Source: Podarcis pityusensis
Lineage: Eukaryota
Strand: one strand, 5' to 3'
Assembly: GCA_964106645.2 (NCBI GenBank)
Contig: OZ067053.1
DNA: 64,000 nucleotides
Shown here: positions 35,791 to 49,849 of the stretch, piece after piece
Numbering within the stretch: the stretch's first letter is position 1
Layout: the number at the start of each line of letters is the position of its first letter
Position numbers and translations under genes: made by a program
Notes under the pieces: model-generated
What the model saw: the letters and a program-made list of their open reading frames with translations, nothing else
What the model was told of the DNA's origin: nothing
Databases searched by the model: none

Positions 35791-38700
35791 AAAGTAGTGT
35801 GGCTCCCTCTGGAATGAATCTGGAGAGCAGCATTCGCCATCCCAGTTGGAAATGCAAAGACTGATTTGTGGAATCTGAAGCCATCTGTATTTAATGCTGT
35901 AGCCTCCGTGATTGTCTTTCCTTGGGATCAGTGCCCCAGATCCAGTTTATACCTTAAGGGCCAGTAAGTGTCTATTATGAGGCTGTGTCTCTGTGGCACT
36001 TTCTGACAGCTCAATGGAGTGGGGAGGCAGGAATGCCCCCGGAAAGGACAGGTCTGCTAAACTTGCTGTGGGAACCTCAGGTGTGCAGACTTGCCCCTCA
36101 AGAGTCTTCTCAGCCGGGTGAATGAATGAGTGGTCAGGGAGAACAGTTTCAGTACATTGCGTATATTAGAGCCACCTGGACGTGCCTAGGACTCAGCCAG
36201 TATGGTGATCAGCCTTTCCCAACCTGAGACCTTCCAGATGTTTTTAGCTGCAAGGCCCAGCCAGCCAAGGAACAGGTAAAACTTGCACTTTTGTCTTGGG
36301 ATCACATAACTTCTGTTTGTTGTTGTCTTTGAAGTATGTTTTGCAAGTAATTTGGACTCTGAAGTGGTTTCCTCTTTTAAAAGACAGGGGGACATATTGG
36401 GGTGATATTTGAGGAAAGGAGTGGTCAAGAGATCAGGAACTCCCCCCTTGCAAATATTTAGAGGAGCTTGCACCAGCAACCTGGCGTTTGGGTGGCATTT
36501 AGAATTCCCACGAGATCAAGTGCTCTGTCCACATCTCCCCCATCCTCCTGCCATAAGCCAAGGAACTTTGCATAATGCAGTGCTGTATGGTTTACATCAT
36601 GTATTCACACTGCACAATTGGAGCTGCCTTGGTACGGAACAAGAATTTTGCTGAGTTTGGGTCTATTTTTTAACATAGACTTAATTTACTCTTTTCAGAT
36701 GTTTCGTATCAACAGACCTTGCGTTTGGGGGAAAGTTTTGCAGGGTAATTTGGTGCTGAAGTGTTTAAACTTGGCTAAAAATGTTTAAAGGCATCACATG
36801 GGACTAAACTTTCATTTCTTTTAAGCCAAAAAAGGCTGCAGATGGGCAGGGGAAAGCCTAATGCTCTGAAAAGCCAAAGTGGGTGTGGAGTTTAATAAAG
36901 CTTGCCTCTGCACAACCCCCAAGTTTGCCAGAGCATGCTAAATTTTGGAAAGCTCCTAAAATGTTTGCAGTCTGAGAAAACAAATGAAACAAAAGCACAC
37001 ACATAGGTTCTAGGTGGCATTCCTATGACACAATCCTATACATAATTACCCAGACGTAATTTCCATTGTGTTCTGTGGCCTTGCTCCACATTACTCCCTG
37101 TTAAGTGTGTTTAGGATTGAAGCCTTAGATATCCAAACATTACAAAAGGGCACTGACAACACCAGCCTGCTGGAATGAAGCAGATCTAGATGGCGGGGAG
37201 TCTACCTAAGAACCCCATAAATACCACCCAGAATTCCATTCAAAGAAAATTAGGATATAAATGTACAAAACAATCAATGGTTTGATGGAAAAAGAGGCCC
37301 AACCTGTTGTATACATTCTTCCCAAACAAGATAGCTTCCCTGTAATTCGCACTGGGGCCGGATTGTTAGCATCTTTTGACAAGCCAACTTTAATTTTGAT
37401 GAACGTTTTGTATCTTAAAGCTAGCTCAAGGGAAGCTGTCTGCCAAAGGCAGGGTGGGGAGCGACGTCAGTTACAAACAAAACCCTCCTCCTCCAAGACA
37501 GTTTTTTCCCCGGGCTTTACTGGAGTCATCCCTCTAGTTCAGGTATTTACCACCATTGCTGCAGTTTTTCCTGTTAGTTCCAAAAGCATTAAGGTTTTGT
37601 CTCCCTCTCCTTCATCACTGAGACCCCACCCCACACTTCCTTCTCCTCCCTGACTGTTACTCTGTATTCAACAATGTTCATTCTGTTGAATGGTGGGCGG
37701 AGGGCAGGCTTCTCAAAGATTCGGCTGGAGGGGCAGCACTCCAAGAACGTTCCCTATGGAAAGGTCACAAGGGCAAATCAGCCCAGAGTCCAGCTACCTG
37801 CGTTTGTGTCTGCATGATCCTGTCTGTCTCCTTGCTCTTGTATGTGAGGACCACCCTCTTCCTTGCTGGTCCTGCCGCCTCGTCCTGCCACCTGGTTGTG
37901 CTTTGTATATGGTTATCCCTTGTACGTTAACACCAATTAAAAGAAACGGGAAGGCCCTCTTGCTGTGTCTGCTTCTTTGCAAAGTCCACAAAAGGCATAA
38001 AGCGACTTGCTTTCAGAGCCCAAGAAAGTAGCCCTGAAGCATCAGACCAAATCCCAGCATTCTGTCTTTATAACAGCCAGATTTCCGGGGGAAATCCGCA
38101 ATCGGGACGCCATGGCATGGGCTTCCCTAAGGCACAAAGAGCCTCTCTACAGAGCAATGCCATTAAGCCCAGGGGCAAGGAACCTTTTTCAGCCTGGGAG
38201 CCACATTCTCTTCTGAGCGACCTTCTGAGGGCCACATGCAAAAGTGGGTGGAGCCATATAAATTTTACCTTTATATATTTGTTTCTACATACCCATAACA
38301 CCCCTATCTCTCCTCCAAACAGACAAGAGAGATTTCCAGCGTTCTAAGGCATTAGGCCCTGGGAAAATCAGGGTTCACATCCCCACTGAGTTATGAAGCT
38401 CACCAGGTGACCTTAGGCCAGTCACTGCCTCTCAGCCTAACCTACCTCACAGGGCTGTTGTGGAGTTCAGATGCAGAGCTGGAGGACCATGTATACCATC
38501 CTGAGTTCCTTGGAGAAAGTGGGATATAAATGTGATAGCAACATAATTATTCAGGGGGCAAAGCAGGGCCACTGAGGAGAGGAATGGTCTGAAGATGCAG
38601 TGTGTGTGGCCTGGCTCAATTTCTGAGGGCCAGTTGACGAGACCTGGACTCATATTTGGCCTCCAGACCTGAAGTTCATCATCATTCCTGCACTAAGCTA

Positions 38701-41541
38701 TTATGGCTAAGAGTTACAGTAATATTTTCATGCCCTGCAAGATATTCATGCAACATCCAACTAGTATGCAATGGAGAGAGCTTGAAATGCATTTAAATTA
38801 GAGCTGCTTGTCAGTAGGGATCAGTCTATTTCTGCCCAGTGTCAGGCTAGCAGATGTTCATTAATGAGTCGGTTCTGTCTTGTTTCCATAAGCAAAAACA
38901 CAATTGTGCTGCACATTTATCCTAAAATGAGCATTTTGTATTGCACTGCATATTTTAACCTAAAATAGAAATTTTATATGATTTTTGAGCACAGAGCAGT
39001 ATTGGAAAAAATGGAGAAGTGCAAAAATTATAACTGCAATCCAATCTGTTTATCAGTCTGCCAAGTATGAATTGGTCCAGTTCTCTGGTGTCCCCACTTG
39101 TCAGGGAGGAGCAAGAGGAAGCCAGAGGAAGCATCTCAGTTTCAAATCCCCCTTTCAGCCTGGAGGTTCAGAAGCTGGGTTGGGCGAGTCCCAACTTCTC
39201 AGCACTACCTATTTTACGGAGCTGTTATGCAGTATGTGCAATATGGATGCATTTATACCCCACTCTGAATCGCTGAAGCAAAGCAGGAAAGCTTTATTCG
39301 GTCTTATGTGCATGACTTTGGTTACACGTGGCTGAGTCGGAAGTTCTTCTTGGTTCAGTGGAACAACCCTGTTCCCAGAACAGCACAAAACCATAATAAA
39401 CAGATGATACCCTAAAACAGACAAGATGGGGAAGGCTGTTATAATGAACAGGCCTAGTATTACCTGCATCAGCAAGCCTGTGCAAGTTGATGACATGACA
39501 TTTATTACCTGGACAAACCTGGATGCTACCGGTTAAATAGGAGTGCTGTGATTTTGCAAAACAAAGACCACACCCTTAAAGGGCACAATCCAGGTAAAGT
39601 GAAGCATTTTTTTTAATCATTCTGTTAGTTTTGATGAAAAACAGTTAAAGCAACAATTCATTGGCTTGGCTCTTCTTTGGAGGAATAAGGCCAAAGTGTG
39701 AATTATTGTTCAGCACTGGGTAAATAATTAACAGGATATAATTAAAATGAATTTCACACAAACATGCCTGACGTTTGTTTGATTACCAAAAGTTGGTGAG
39801 CAAACAACCACGTCCAGCTCCTACACCGTGTTGCCTCAGGAGACCTGCTTATCAGTTCCCTTACCATACATCTAAGGAAAGAGGTGGGTGTGAGGTCTAC
39901 CATGCCAGCAACGACACTGTTGCTCTAAGGGTCGCTGGCAGAATCAGCAGGCTTCTCCTCCTGCCCCCCCCCCCCGGACATTTTTGGCATTGTAGCCTCT
40001 CTCGTGCCCCCCCTTAATCAATTGCTTGTGCCAGTAACATGCAGTTTAAACCTCTGCAACAATCCTACCACAGTGTTGCCCTGAGAACAGAGATTTAAAC
40101 CTCTCCACCTAGCCCAGTGCTTCATTAAGGAAATAACCATCATAGTGATGGAGATGTTTTGTGTACCTGTGTGATTGTGTGTGTAGTGTGTCACAGGCAT
40201 GCAACCCTCAGAGGATTGGCAATGTTTGGCACTCGGGCCAAAAGCATTTGGCTACCCCTGGCATACAGAGATACACCAGATATATAATCTGCCCAAATGG
40301 AGCCTGGAAACAAAGCAAAGCAGCATGGACAGAGTCGCTCCTGAAAGGATGACATGCTTGCCAATTGCATAGCTGTTGGCACAAGGACACACAAGGGCCC
40401 TCTAGCAAGGAAGCAAATTGTGTGGCACCCTTAAAGGGTCAAGGCTTTGAATTTCCCGTGAACACAGCAGGTGTCAGCACTTTTCAGAATCCAGAGCTTA
40501 ATGCATCCTATCTAGCTAACGCTGCAGCAGAAAAGGGTTACCATGTGGACCTGTTAAGGAAGCCTCAATGCATTCCTGTTCCTATATTAGGTAGGTGTAA
40601 GTGTGAAGATGGAAACCAGAACAGCCTGAAGTGCGATCCAGATCTCACCACTAAGGTGCCCTTCTGCCCTTAAGCAGAGGCTGCGTTGTGTCAGGCTGGA
40701 GCACAAGAAAAGGTGAGGTAGCAGCAGAACATGGCTGACCAGCCACCTTGCCAAGCCCCACACCTGAGCAGATGCTGCTCAGCCAGAGATGCTAGAGGTG
40801 GGGCACAGCAAGAGTGGACCTGTGTGAGAACTGCACGCCCTTACCCTGCTCTAACTCTTCCCAGCAGAACCCAAGAGCATGAAACTCCCTCGGCCTTGAG
40901 CAGGAGGAGGTAGGTTGCAGCTGCTGGTGCTCCTCCTACCGCCTTCTTAGGACAGCGGATTTAGAGATGCAGCCTAGCTGTCTCCTCGCTCCTTGATGTT
41001 GAGGTTTCAGAGCCTAGACACCATGAAGCCAGCTGGGAAGTAGCTGGGCTGAGCTTTAGAAAAAAGTCCCCTCCCACACAGGATAGAGGCAAGCAGGATC
41101 AAAGCCAGAAGCCTCCAGCCCACTTTGCACTTGGTCCATCTGCCTTGGAGGCAGGCAGAGCGGTAAAAGATCTCCACAGCATTTGTTGTCAGACTTCCGT
41201 CGCTTCCTTTCCAGTGACCTGGGTCTTCTGTTTTTGCTCACTTCCCTTTTGCTTTGGGATAATTATTTTCACTGTTTTTCACTGCTAAGGGAGGTGCCTT
41301 GATGAGGAAACAAGCTGGAGGCAGCAGTTGGAAAGCCTCACAGGGGAGAACTGCAAAACAGAAGGATTTGTACTAAGAGCTGATGAATCTGGGCATCTTC
41401 CTGCCCCAGCAGTTCTCAGTCCTGATGGCACTAGCATGCAAATTCCATGGGGACAGGTGTTGGGTGTGGGGAGTGCAGTGCCTGGTTTCAGCAAAGCTTC
41501 TGAAGCTGGGAGTAAAACCATCTCTGAAAACCTTCCAGTTA

Positions 41542-41598
41542 TCACTGCAGCATCCCCGTCCTCGCTTGGAAGGAAAGGCCATCTCCCCGCGTGGCTTG
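41542..41598 (-). CDS. ARL6IP4: ARL6IP4 last coding exon
   Basis: cacag|CAAGCC. Encodes QATRGDGLSFQARTGMLQ*. Confidence 0.93.
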   Translation of the reverse strand, partial: QATRGDGLSFQARTGMLQ

Positions 41599-42158
41599 CT
41601 GTGAACAAAGGTAGATGCATTAAAGGTCTGCAAATCGTATCAGTATTTGGTGCAATTTCTGAAGTTCTATTCTTTTAAGGGGAACAGCATCAATGTCCCC
41701 ACACTCTGCAGGCTTCTAAGGAAGGAAGGAAGTTCTCATCTAGGATATGAAAAAGTATTGATCTACAAACTGATGGAAACAAAGGCAAAGTGGACCTACA
41801 TGGGAAAGTCTGAGCAACCCAAAAGTCAGCTTATTCTCTCTTTTAGCAATGAAACTGCTAGCATATTTCCAAAGCTAAGCAGGGTCTGGTATAGTTTCAA
41901 ATTGGATGGGGGACTGCATGTTGAGATTCTTGCATTGCAGGGGGTTGGGCTAGATAACCCTCAGGATCCCTTCCAAATCTACAGTTCTATGATTCTATGA
42001 CACTGAAGTCAGTGGAACCACTTTAGGGGAATTAATAAGCCACTGAACAGTTATAAACAAAACCCAGCCTACAAAGCCCAGCCTTGTCCTCTAAATACTC
42101 AAGTCTACAGTTGCCAGATTACATCCGTTAGATTCTGCAATAATAAACAGCCACATAC

Positions 42159-42228
42159 CTTGTTAATTTCCTTATGCCTCTCCTTAGTAACGATCTCCTC
42201 AAGGACCTCGCCATCACCTTTAATAAGT
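42159..42228 (-). CDS. ARL6IP4: ARL6IP4 exon
   Basis: ccag|A CTT ATT...AAG|gtatgt. Encodes [23 protein letters not shown]. Confidence 0.96.
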
Positions 42229-43234
42229 CTGGAATTGAAACCCAGAATGTAGTCCAGCCAACTTGCACAAACAGTAGATGTCTACATGCCCTTCCTATCA
42301 ACAGAGGGGGCCATAGCTCCCTGCTTTGCATGCAGAAAGTCCCTGACTCAACCCCCAACTACATCTCCAGGAAGGGATGGGAATGTCCTGTGCCCCAAAC
42401 ACTGGAGAGCCTCTGCCAGTCAGTGTAGACAATACTGGGCCAAGAGGACCAGTGGTCTGGCTAGTATGAAGCTGCCTCCCATAGTTAAGAATGTGAGAAT
42501 GTAGGGATCGCCTTGCTGCAATGGGGCCAGCCACAAAGAATGCCAACTCAGCTGCAGCAGAAAAAGCAAATTCCAAGCTGGAGCTTATGAGGGGTAGGAT
42601 TAAAAGCAGGGCTGTATTCAACGAAGTTCTACTCAGAGAAGAAACATAACTGTCACATTTCAAATGGTCTTCTCTGAGTATGACTAAGGCTGTATACAAT
42701 CCATAGCTACCAATGTCATGATGCACTTCTCCCTGTCTATGGCGCAGCCACACTTGGACCAAACCCCAAAGGGATCCTGTGAACGGTGCAGAAAAGGGGA
42801 CACAACATAACCGCAAGTTTGGAGCACCTTCCCTACATTAGGGGCTTTTAAGTTTAGGAAGAAAAGGTTCATAAGCTGAAGAACATGGCTTGTTGTGCCC
42901 ACTCGCTTATCACAGTCCAGTTCCCCATTTGTAAGATGGGACCAACAGTGACTGAGCACACGGTGATGTTGCAAGGGGAAAATAAAAGAAAGTGTAAAAG
43001 CTCTGTGCGTGGTGCTTTTAAAACGATACTATTAATGGGGGTCAGCATTTGCAAAAATAAACTGCCAATGAAGGAACTTAAGAACAGAAAATACAAAGAG
43101 CTCTGTAAAGAAACTGAACTATGTGGTCGTTTCAGAGGATAATGCAGATACAGGAGAGAAAACCTAGAGGGTCTAAATAAATTTAACTTAGTGACAATCT
43201 TCTAGTGACAAACAACCCCCCCAACGCAACACAC

Positions 43235-43352
43235 CTTGTTCTTCCTGTTTCAGGGTCAACGACTCTCCTTATCACACTCTGCCGAGCGTCCCACTCCTCT
43301 TTCGTCATGGGCTTCATTGCTTGGATGCGGGATTTCTGCTCATCTGTCAGGG
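43235..43352 (-). CDS. ARL6IP4: ARL6IP4 exon
   Basis: tcag|CC CTG...AG|gtgtgt. Encodes [38 protein letters not shown]. Confidence 0.96.
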
Positions 43353-43668
43353 CTGAGAGGCAGACCCAAGTCAGAAAACAGTGGTCTCACCAATAGCTCT
43401 GGTATTACCACTGGTAGGGAGAGCATTTTTGTTGTTCAATCCCACAGAAAAAGGGCTCCTCCAGTGTGTTCAGAAATCACTGCACTATCAGTTAAAAGTA
43501 CAAATAGCTTAGTAATGATTTTTTAAAAATCCATCTAGTAATAAACAAACTTACAGAAAATGGATCTAATTAAGGTCCCTATTGCAAAACTGCAACATTC
43601 ATTTTGCCACTCATTAACCAACAGTGTTATTGTTTTCCAATCCTACCTTGCCTGGGGGAGGATCTTAC

Positions 43669-44022
43669 CTGGCCCGGAGTCTCCCAGGGTCTCTTTCTGC
43701 CACTGGTCCAGGGAAGGGCCAGGGGGTGCCTCCCCCTTTGTTGCTCCCTCTTTCTCCCTCCCCTTTGATTTATTCTTTGCTTTCTTCTTGGTTTTCCTCT
43801 TCCTCTTCTTCTTTTGCTTTTTATCTTTCTCTTTGCTTAGCTTCTTCTTGCTCTGCTTCCTCCTTTTGCGGTTGGATTCATCATCACCTGACACATCTGT
43901 AGAGGAATCGGAAGAGAAGGACGATCCTGAAGATAAGGAGCTGGTCTCGGAGGAGCTGCTGCTGCTGCTGCTGCCTCTTCTCCTTTTCTTCTTCTTCTCC
44001 TTCTCCTTCTTCTTCTTTTTCA
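43669..44022 (-). CDS. ARL6IP4: ARL6IP4 Lys/Ser-rich exon
   Basis: ccag|TG AAA...CCA G|gtaaga. Poly-K and poly-S tracts and PGPSLDQW. Confidence 0.93.
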
Positions 44023-44779
44023 CTGGAACCCAGCATCAATCAGAAGTCACCAGGGAATATCTATCATGTTGCAATACATCACCAGAACTGTTACCCAAAG
44101 GGAGAAAAAACCTGAGGGAATTCTCTTTTCTAGCCCTGGACAGAACCCAGAACTGGAACTTGTTGATTGGCTTAATTGCTGTGGCTTCACCTCCAAGAAT
44201 AACCTAGGTATTGTAACTGGGGTTGGGGAGGCAACTAGTCTAGTGTCTTCATGGGATTCTTTGTCTGGGGTTGGGGCAGCCAGGACATATTTCTAACCCA
44301 TTAATATGGTTTGAATCTGCTGCATAGATGTGGCTCTGAAGTCAGTGCCCAACGAATGATATAATCAGAGGCACTGATTTTAAGACACACCTGGATGTTA
44401 CAAAAGGCAGCTGTCAGTGTGCAGCCATCACTCGCTTGAGGGACAAAGCTTAAGAAGGCAAAGTTTCAAGCCCTGATGGTTCTGGTGGGAAGTTCTATGA
44501 AAGCAAAAGGAGTGATAATTAAAAAAAAAAACAAAACTACGGGAGAAATATTCTGCTCTGCAGGCTGCATTCTACACAAGTGTCTCATCCTAAGCAAACA
44601 AGGGGACCATGGTGGAGGGTGCAGGGAGCAGCCTCAGTGACCAGAAAGTGACAATAGCTCCCCCAGGAAACTGCACTACTGGCCAACACTGGCAAATGCT
44701 ACCCCACTGAGAGATCGGAGTTCTGCATTTCTTAGGCTATTGTTTCAGAAGCAGCTGACACCCTCTCCCACATCCTTAC

Positions 44780-44984
44780 CTTCTTTGCTGGAGGCTGAGC
44801 CCATTCGGACCCTTGGGGGCTCAGATCCTCTTTTGCTGGTGGGAGACAAACTCCTCATCCTCCCCTGGGATTCTCTGCTGCTTCTCCTCCTTTCCTTCTC
44901 CTTCTCCTCCACATCTCGCCTGCTCTGGGAGTCGCTTCGGCTCCTGCTCCGAAACCTTTTCCTCGCCTGGCTGTGAGCCATCAT
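44780..44984 (-). CDS. ARL6IP4: ARL6IP4 first coding exon (ATG at 44984 or 44981; exon begins 44994)
   Basis: MMAHSQARKRFRSRSRS... with donor G|gtaagg. The five coding exons sum to 804 nt, giving 267 aa plus stop. Confidence 0.92.
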
Positions 44985-45899
44985 ACTCTCAGGTCTGTTC
45001 CAAACAAGGAGATCTATTTACTTGCTTGGCTACCTATGACCATCCTGCCCTTGAAGATCACACTCAGTCTTACTCAAGTTTCAAACCAGCCAGAAGTAAA
45101 TGTCCATTTAGAAAGGTCTTGGTTAGGGAAATTTGATCTTGCAAGGTTTGCAAAATAGCAGCATCCCATCCATGTTGCTAGTCAGAGCCAAGGATTGCAC
45201 TTTGGCCTATTCAGATGTGAAGCCATGGCATGTAGTCATCTAATTCTTCCTTGGCCATTGGGGCTACAGGTTACTGCATGACCCTGAAAGTTCTATTGGT
45301 TAATTCTATGCCAAGTGGTTCATTCTTTAAAATGAAAGGAGGGAGAAGCTGTGACCCTCCTGAAGCTCCTAGACTACAACTCCCACCATCCCTGACCAAG
45401 CAGGCTGGGGCTGATGGGAGCTGGTGTCCAACAACAACTGGAGGGCCACATCCCTGCCCTACAGCCTAACACAATATCTTTGCTAGCCTTTCATGTGCCA
45501 CAATGGGGGTCAGGGTTTTTTTGTTTTTAAAGCTTGGCAACCTTCCTCAGATTAAAGCAGCCAAGGCTGTTTCTCTCAGGGCAACAACTGCTCCCCTCAG
45601 TTGACTAGAGAAAATTTAAAAATAAAATAACCACAATAACTCATTCATCATTAGCTTTGGATAATTTCTAGTGCACAACCCTCTTTTTCGTAACTCAAGA
45701 GCAGTTTGATTTTATTGTCTTCTTTAAACTGGCTGTTGCCGTTTCAGTTTGTCGTTTTATTTGGCTGTAGTAGGTTTGCCTGATATTCTTCATTATAACT
45801 GTACTCTTTATTCCCTACTACTTTGTAAGTCGCTTTGGGCTGCCTTGGGCAAAATTAAGTGACTAACAAATCTTAACAATAATAAGCCACTCCGGGAAC

Positions 45900-46540
45900 A
45901 CAAATCTGCGTTAGCGTTGCTCTGTAAATTCGTGCACCTCGGACCCTTTAACACCCAGCCGCGCGTTGACCCTTTTAAGAAAACCCGCGCGGTTTCTGCT
46001 GTCCTTCAAAGCCTTTCCACCCAATCCCGGCGCTCCGTCTCCCCCCGCCCTCTTTCTAAGCCCCGCCCCGCCGCCTGCCAGATAAGGGATCCGTCAGGCA
46101 GCCAACGCGCATGCGCACTGGGTGCCTGCTCGCCAGAATCTTTGCGGAGCCAATTTCGCCCCGTCCCGCCGGACTCACCCCGCCGGGCCAGGGCCTCGCC
46201 CCGAGGGAAGGCGGCGCGGCGCCCGGAGAAGCGTCGTTGCAGAGGCCGGCCTTCTAGGGCTGGGCTGCGCCTCCGCAGCCCCGGAAACCGAGCGGGGCCC
46301 CCAGCAACTCTTTCGAGTTTCCTCGGCCACTTCCTGTCCTCGCCTCGTCCGTCGCGTGAAGTGTCCGGCGGGGAACACTGAGGCCGAGCATCTTAGTTCC
46401 CGGCCTTCCCTGAAGCGCCGCTGGGTTGTTGGGCTCCCGCTTCCCTCGGCCCCGGGAGCGAGTGGCGAGTGGCCCAGGGGGATCCCTGCAACCACAAAAA
46501 TCGGGGGAGCGGAGCCGAAGATCGAGGATCCCCGTTTTCT
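45900..46540 (-). promoter_or_regulatory. ARL6IP4: CpG island: ARL6IP4 promoter and non-coding exon 1 (donor at 46179)
   Basis: CpG-dense. Minus-strand donor GGG|GTGAGT, ETS motif ACAGGAAGTG (46328-46337), NRF1-type GCGCATGCGC (46107-46116) and GC boxes. Confidence 0.8.
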
Positions 46541-48148
46541 TTCTTTCAATTTTTAAGGGGGAAAATTCTCCTTTTGTGTTCTGTACGTGTTTGTTCAAAA
46601 ATATCCAAAGTGGCGTTCAAGAACAATAATCATAAAAAGAAGCAAAAAATAAAATGGTAAAACATTTTGTGGGATCAGTTTAGATCAGAAGGTGGAGCGT
46701 GCATCTTTTAAAATAAATATTATTAAAAATAAAGCAGTATAATCCATATTTTTAACAATTGGCAAAACATGCATTTAGTAGTTGCTTCTTACATTTTTAT
46801 CCCACCTTTTCACCACAGAACTCGTGGCAACACACTTTTTTATCCTCGCAACAATACTGTAAGGTAGGTTAGGCTGAGCATAGCCCAGAATCTGGCAGCA
46901 GACTTTGAGTCAGGAGCGGTTCAAGCCTGGATTTGAACGCTAAATAAGCAAACAAAACAAAACCTGCTCCACCTCTGTTTAACACTCTTAACCACAAAGG
47001 CTTTACTATAATGATTTTATACAGTAACACTCTAAGGTACAGTATGTCTACTCGGAGGCATGCACCATTGAGTTCAATAGGGCTTCCTCCCAGGAAAGTG
47101 TATATAGGATTGCAACCTTTAATTAGTCCAGCTCTTATACGAACAGTGAATATTTGGGTCCTGCTTCTTCAGTTTTCTTATTTCTTCCACACAAAACGCA
47201 ACAAAATAGAATTTATATTCTGTACCACTATTGTCTTACCCTTGACTTTAATGAAAATATGCTATAAATTCCATGCATGTCGAACTGTACCCCAGTGGGT
47301 TGGTGAAAGAACTCTGTATTATTGTTGAAAACAGCCATTTTAGCAATTGTCATGGGGATTCGTCTACAAATATAATGGCCAGATGTGATTTTGACAGAAT
47401 AGAGCTGGACAAAAATATAATTGACCATTATTTATTGACAAGTTTTATATGACTTACTGTATGTTAGGGTTATCTCTCCAGCTGCTGCAGAGAGGGAGGG
47501 CGATTCAGGAGTGTTGCTGTTACTTAAAAAATAAAACGAAATTCTTTGCAACCTGCTTTGGTCTTTCTAGCATAGCTAAAAAATAAAACAGAATTTTGTT
47601 GGCACCTTGGCCCCCCCCCCCTTTGCCTAACGAGCTCAGATTACAGCTGCTCTCCCCCTCCTCTCTGCCTTCCGCTGCTAATGGTTCTCTCCCTCTGCCT
47701 GCTTCTTCTCCTCCTGTCAGCATCTGAGCTTCGCTGACAAGAAGTGACTGCCGCGGCATTCCCTCACAGGATGGCATGGGCAGGGTAAGGGTTTATATAC
47801 TGGGTAGTAGATTGCAGCCTGGTCTATTGCTGTCATTTTATGGATCAACGGTCTCGTTAGATAGTAAAATTTATGTAAAATTGCTGTTTTAGGGGTTGTT
47901 TTTCATCATCGGATTTAATCCGTTTTCCTTTACTTTCTATGGGAAAGCATGCCTTGGTTTAAGACTACTTTGGTTTAAGACCAGACTCCAGAACGGATTA
48001 AGTTCGTAAACCAAGGTACCACTGTAAGGCATTATTTAATGGTACTAAGAGCCATTATAAAATTGTTGAATTAATTGAAAGGTAAAAAATTGCTTAGAAA
48101 CATAAAGAGTAGCTTCCTATTTAAAAGGTCAGTCTATTGACGCTTATA

Positions 48149-48400
48149 TAGTGGTACCTTGGTTTAAGAACAGCTTTGTTTATGAACAACTTGGATTAAG
48201 AACGCTGCAAACCCGGAAGTAGGTGTTTTGGTTTGTAAACTTTGCCTTGCATGCAGAACATGTTTCGCTTCCTGTTGAGTGTGTTCCATTTGTAAATTGA
48301 GTCCCCTGTTGCTATGGGAAAGCACATCTTGGTTTAAGAACGCTTTGGTTTCAGAACGGACTTCCGGAACGGATTAAGTTCGAAAACCAAGGTACAACTG
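48149..48400. mobile_element. Tc1/mariner-type MITE; a related right end also finishes at ~48025
   Basis: Termini TAGTGGTACCTTGGTT / AACCAAGGTACAACTG flanked by TA. Confidence 0.8.
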
Positions 48401-49286
48401 TATATTGAAATAAGTGTGTTGAATCAAAAGTCTTAACAAAACATCCTTAAACAATGAAAAGGCAACAATTATTTCATTTCCTACACCCTTTATTTTACAC
48501 CACTGTAATGGCCAGATGTGATTTTGACAGAATAGAGCTGGACAAAAATATAATTGACTCAGAACACCGACATTTCAAAACACACAACCATTCTCTCATC
48601 CCACTCACAGGGAAATGAATGGTGTTGGAGATTTTTTTGCCTCCTTTCATCAGGTTACTTTTGCATTAATAACTGTGCAGATTAATTTTCAAAGTGGACA
48701 TTTGATTGCCTCTAGAGGCTTGCACCAAGCAACGACAGCTGTGAGCTGGCCTCTGAATTGGAAATTGTATGAAATTAGTTTGCTGGGAAATCAAGGTAGA
48801 CAGTTGGAAATGAATTAAAAATAAAATGATGTTTTTTAAGGTTAAGAGATAATTGCAATTGTAAGAGCTATCAGCTTGATAGGAGGTGGAGGGGAGAGTA
48901 AGAGATTATTACTGACCCTTTCACGTGGTGACTGTCAACTGTAAGTCACAGAAGACATCTAGCCATCAGCATAGGCTCCAATCCTCATGTAGCACACTGT
49001 TGGCTACAATGCACCCCCTGCAACCACCTTTCCCTGGAACCCAGCAAAGAGATCCTTAACTCCCTTTCTCACCATGCACATGATAGGCTTCTGTTTCCCA
49101 TTTTGCACTTCCAGCGCTCGTTGCTGCCTGCATCTTGTCCAAAATATGGCAAATTCAAAATGAATTGTACATCAGGAATTTAGCTCCAGCATAATTGGCA
49201 AGTAAGTTGGCATCATCTTCCTAGTCAGCAACCTGTGGTCTGTAGGTCTGTTTGCACTAGCCACAGTCCCATTTTTTATTTCATGT

Positions 49287-49475
49287 ACCGTATTTTTCGC
49301 TCTATAGGACGCACTTTTTCCCCTCCAAAAATGAAGGGGAAATTTGTGTGCGTCCTATGGAGTGAATGCAGGCTTTCGCTGAAGCCTGGAGAGCGAGAGG
49401 GGTCGGTGCGCGCCAACCCCTCTCGCTCTCCAGGCTTCAGGCAGCTTTCCGCAAGCCTTCTGAGCCCGGTGGGAG
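49287..49475. mobile_element. DNA-transposon end fragment (ta-CCGTATTTTTCG) with an internal GC-rich hairpin
   Basis: Mariner/Tigger-like terminus. Perfect 25-bp inverted arms span 49379-49440. Confidence 0.6.
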
Positions 49476-49849
49476 TTCCATGTACGCTTGACGATATGGT
49501 AGCCAGGCCCTCAGATTTGCTCTCCTGCTCCTGTTGACAAATACCTACTGTGTGCCACCTATACTGCAAAACAGACACCTGTCTTTTAGGGATAAATGCT
49601 GATTTTTACAATCTGTGATCACAACCATAGTGTTTTGATTAGCTGTTGTGGCATCTGCTTCTGCATAACCTTTTCAGTTAGCTTTTCAGAGTGTGTTCAG
49701 TGCCTTTAATGTATGACTTTAATGTATGACACATTCTCTCAGCTTGGCCTACAGAAAACAGCTTGGGGGCTACTGCCAGTATTGTCATCAGCCCCTCTAG
49801 CAACGTCTTCAGTGAAATCAAGGCACAGGATTTGCCGCACATCACCTCC

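Noticed and set aside
43641-43668. Alternative ARL6IP4 donor (AAG|GTAGGA) 22 nt downstream
   Set aside because: It would shift the frame, and there is no evidence it is used.
43560-44207. 215-aa hydrophobic + strand ORF
   Set aside because: Antisense shadow of the Lys/Ser-rich ARL6IP4 exon.
45917-46660. Cluster of overlapping ORFs
   Set aside because: Stop-poor CpG island; low-complexity Arg/Pro/Gly translations.
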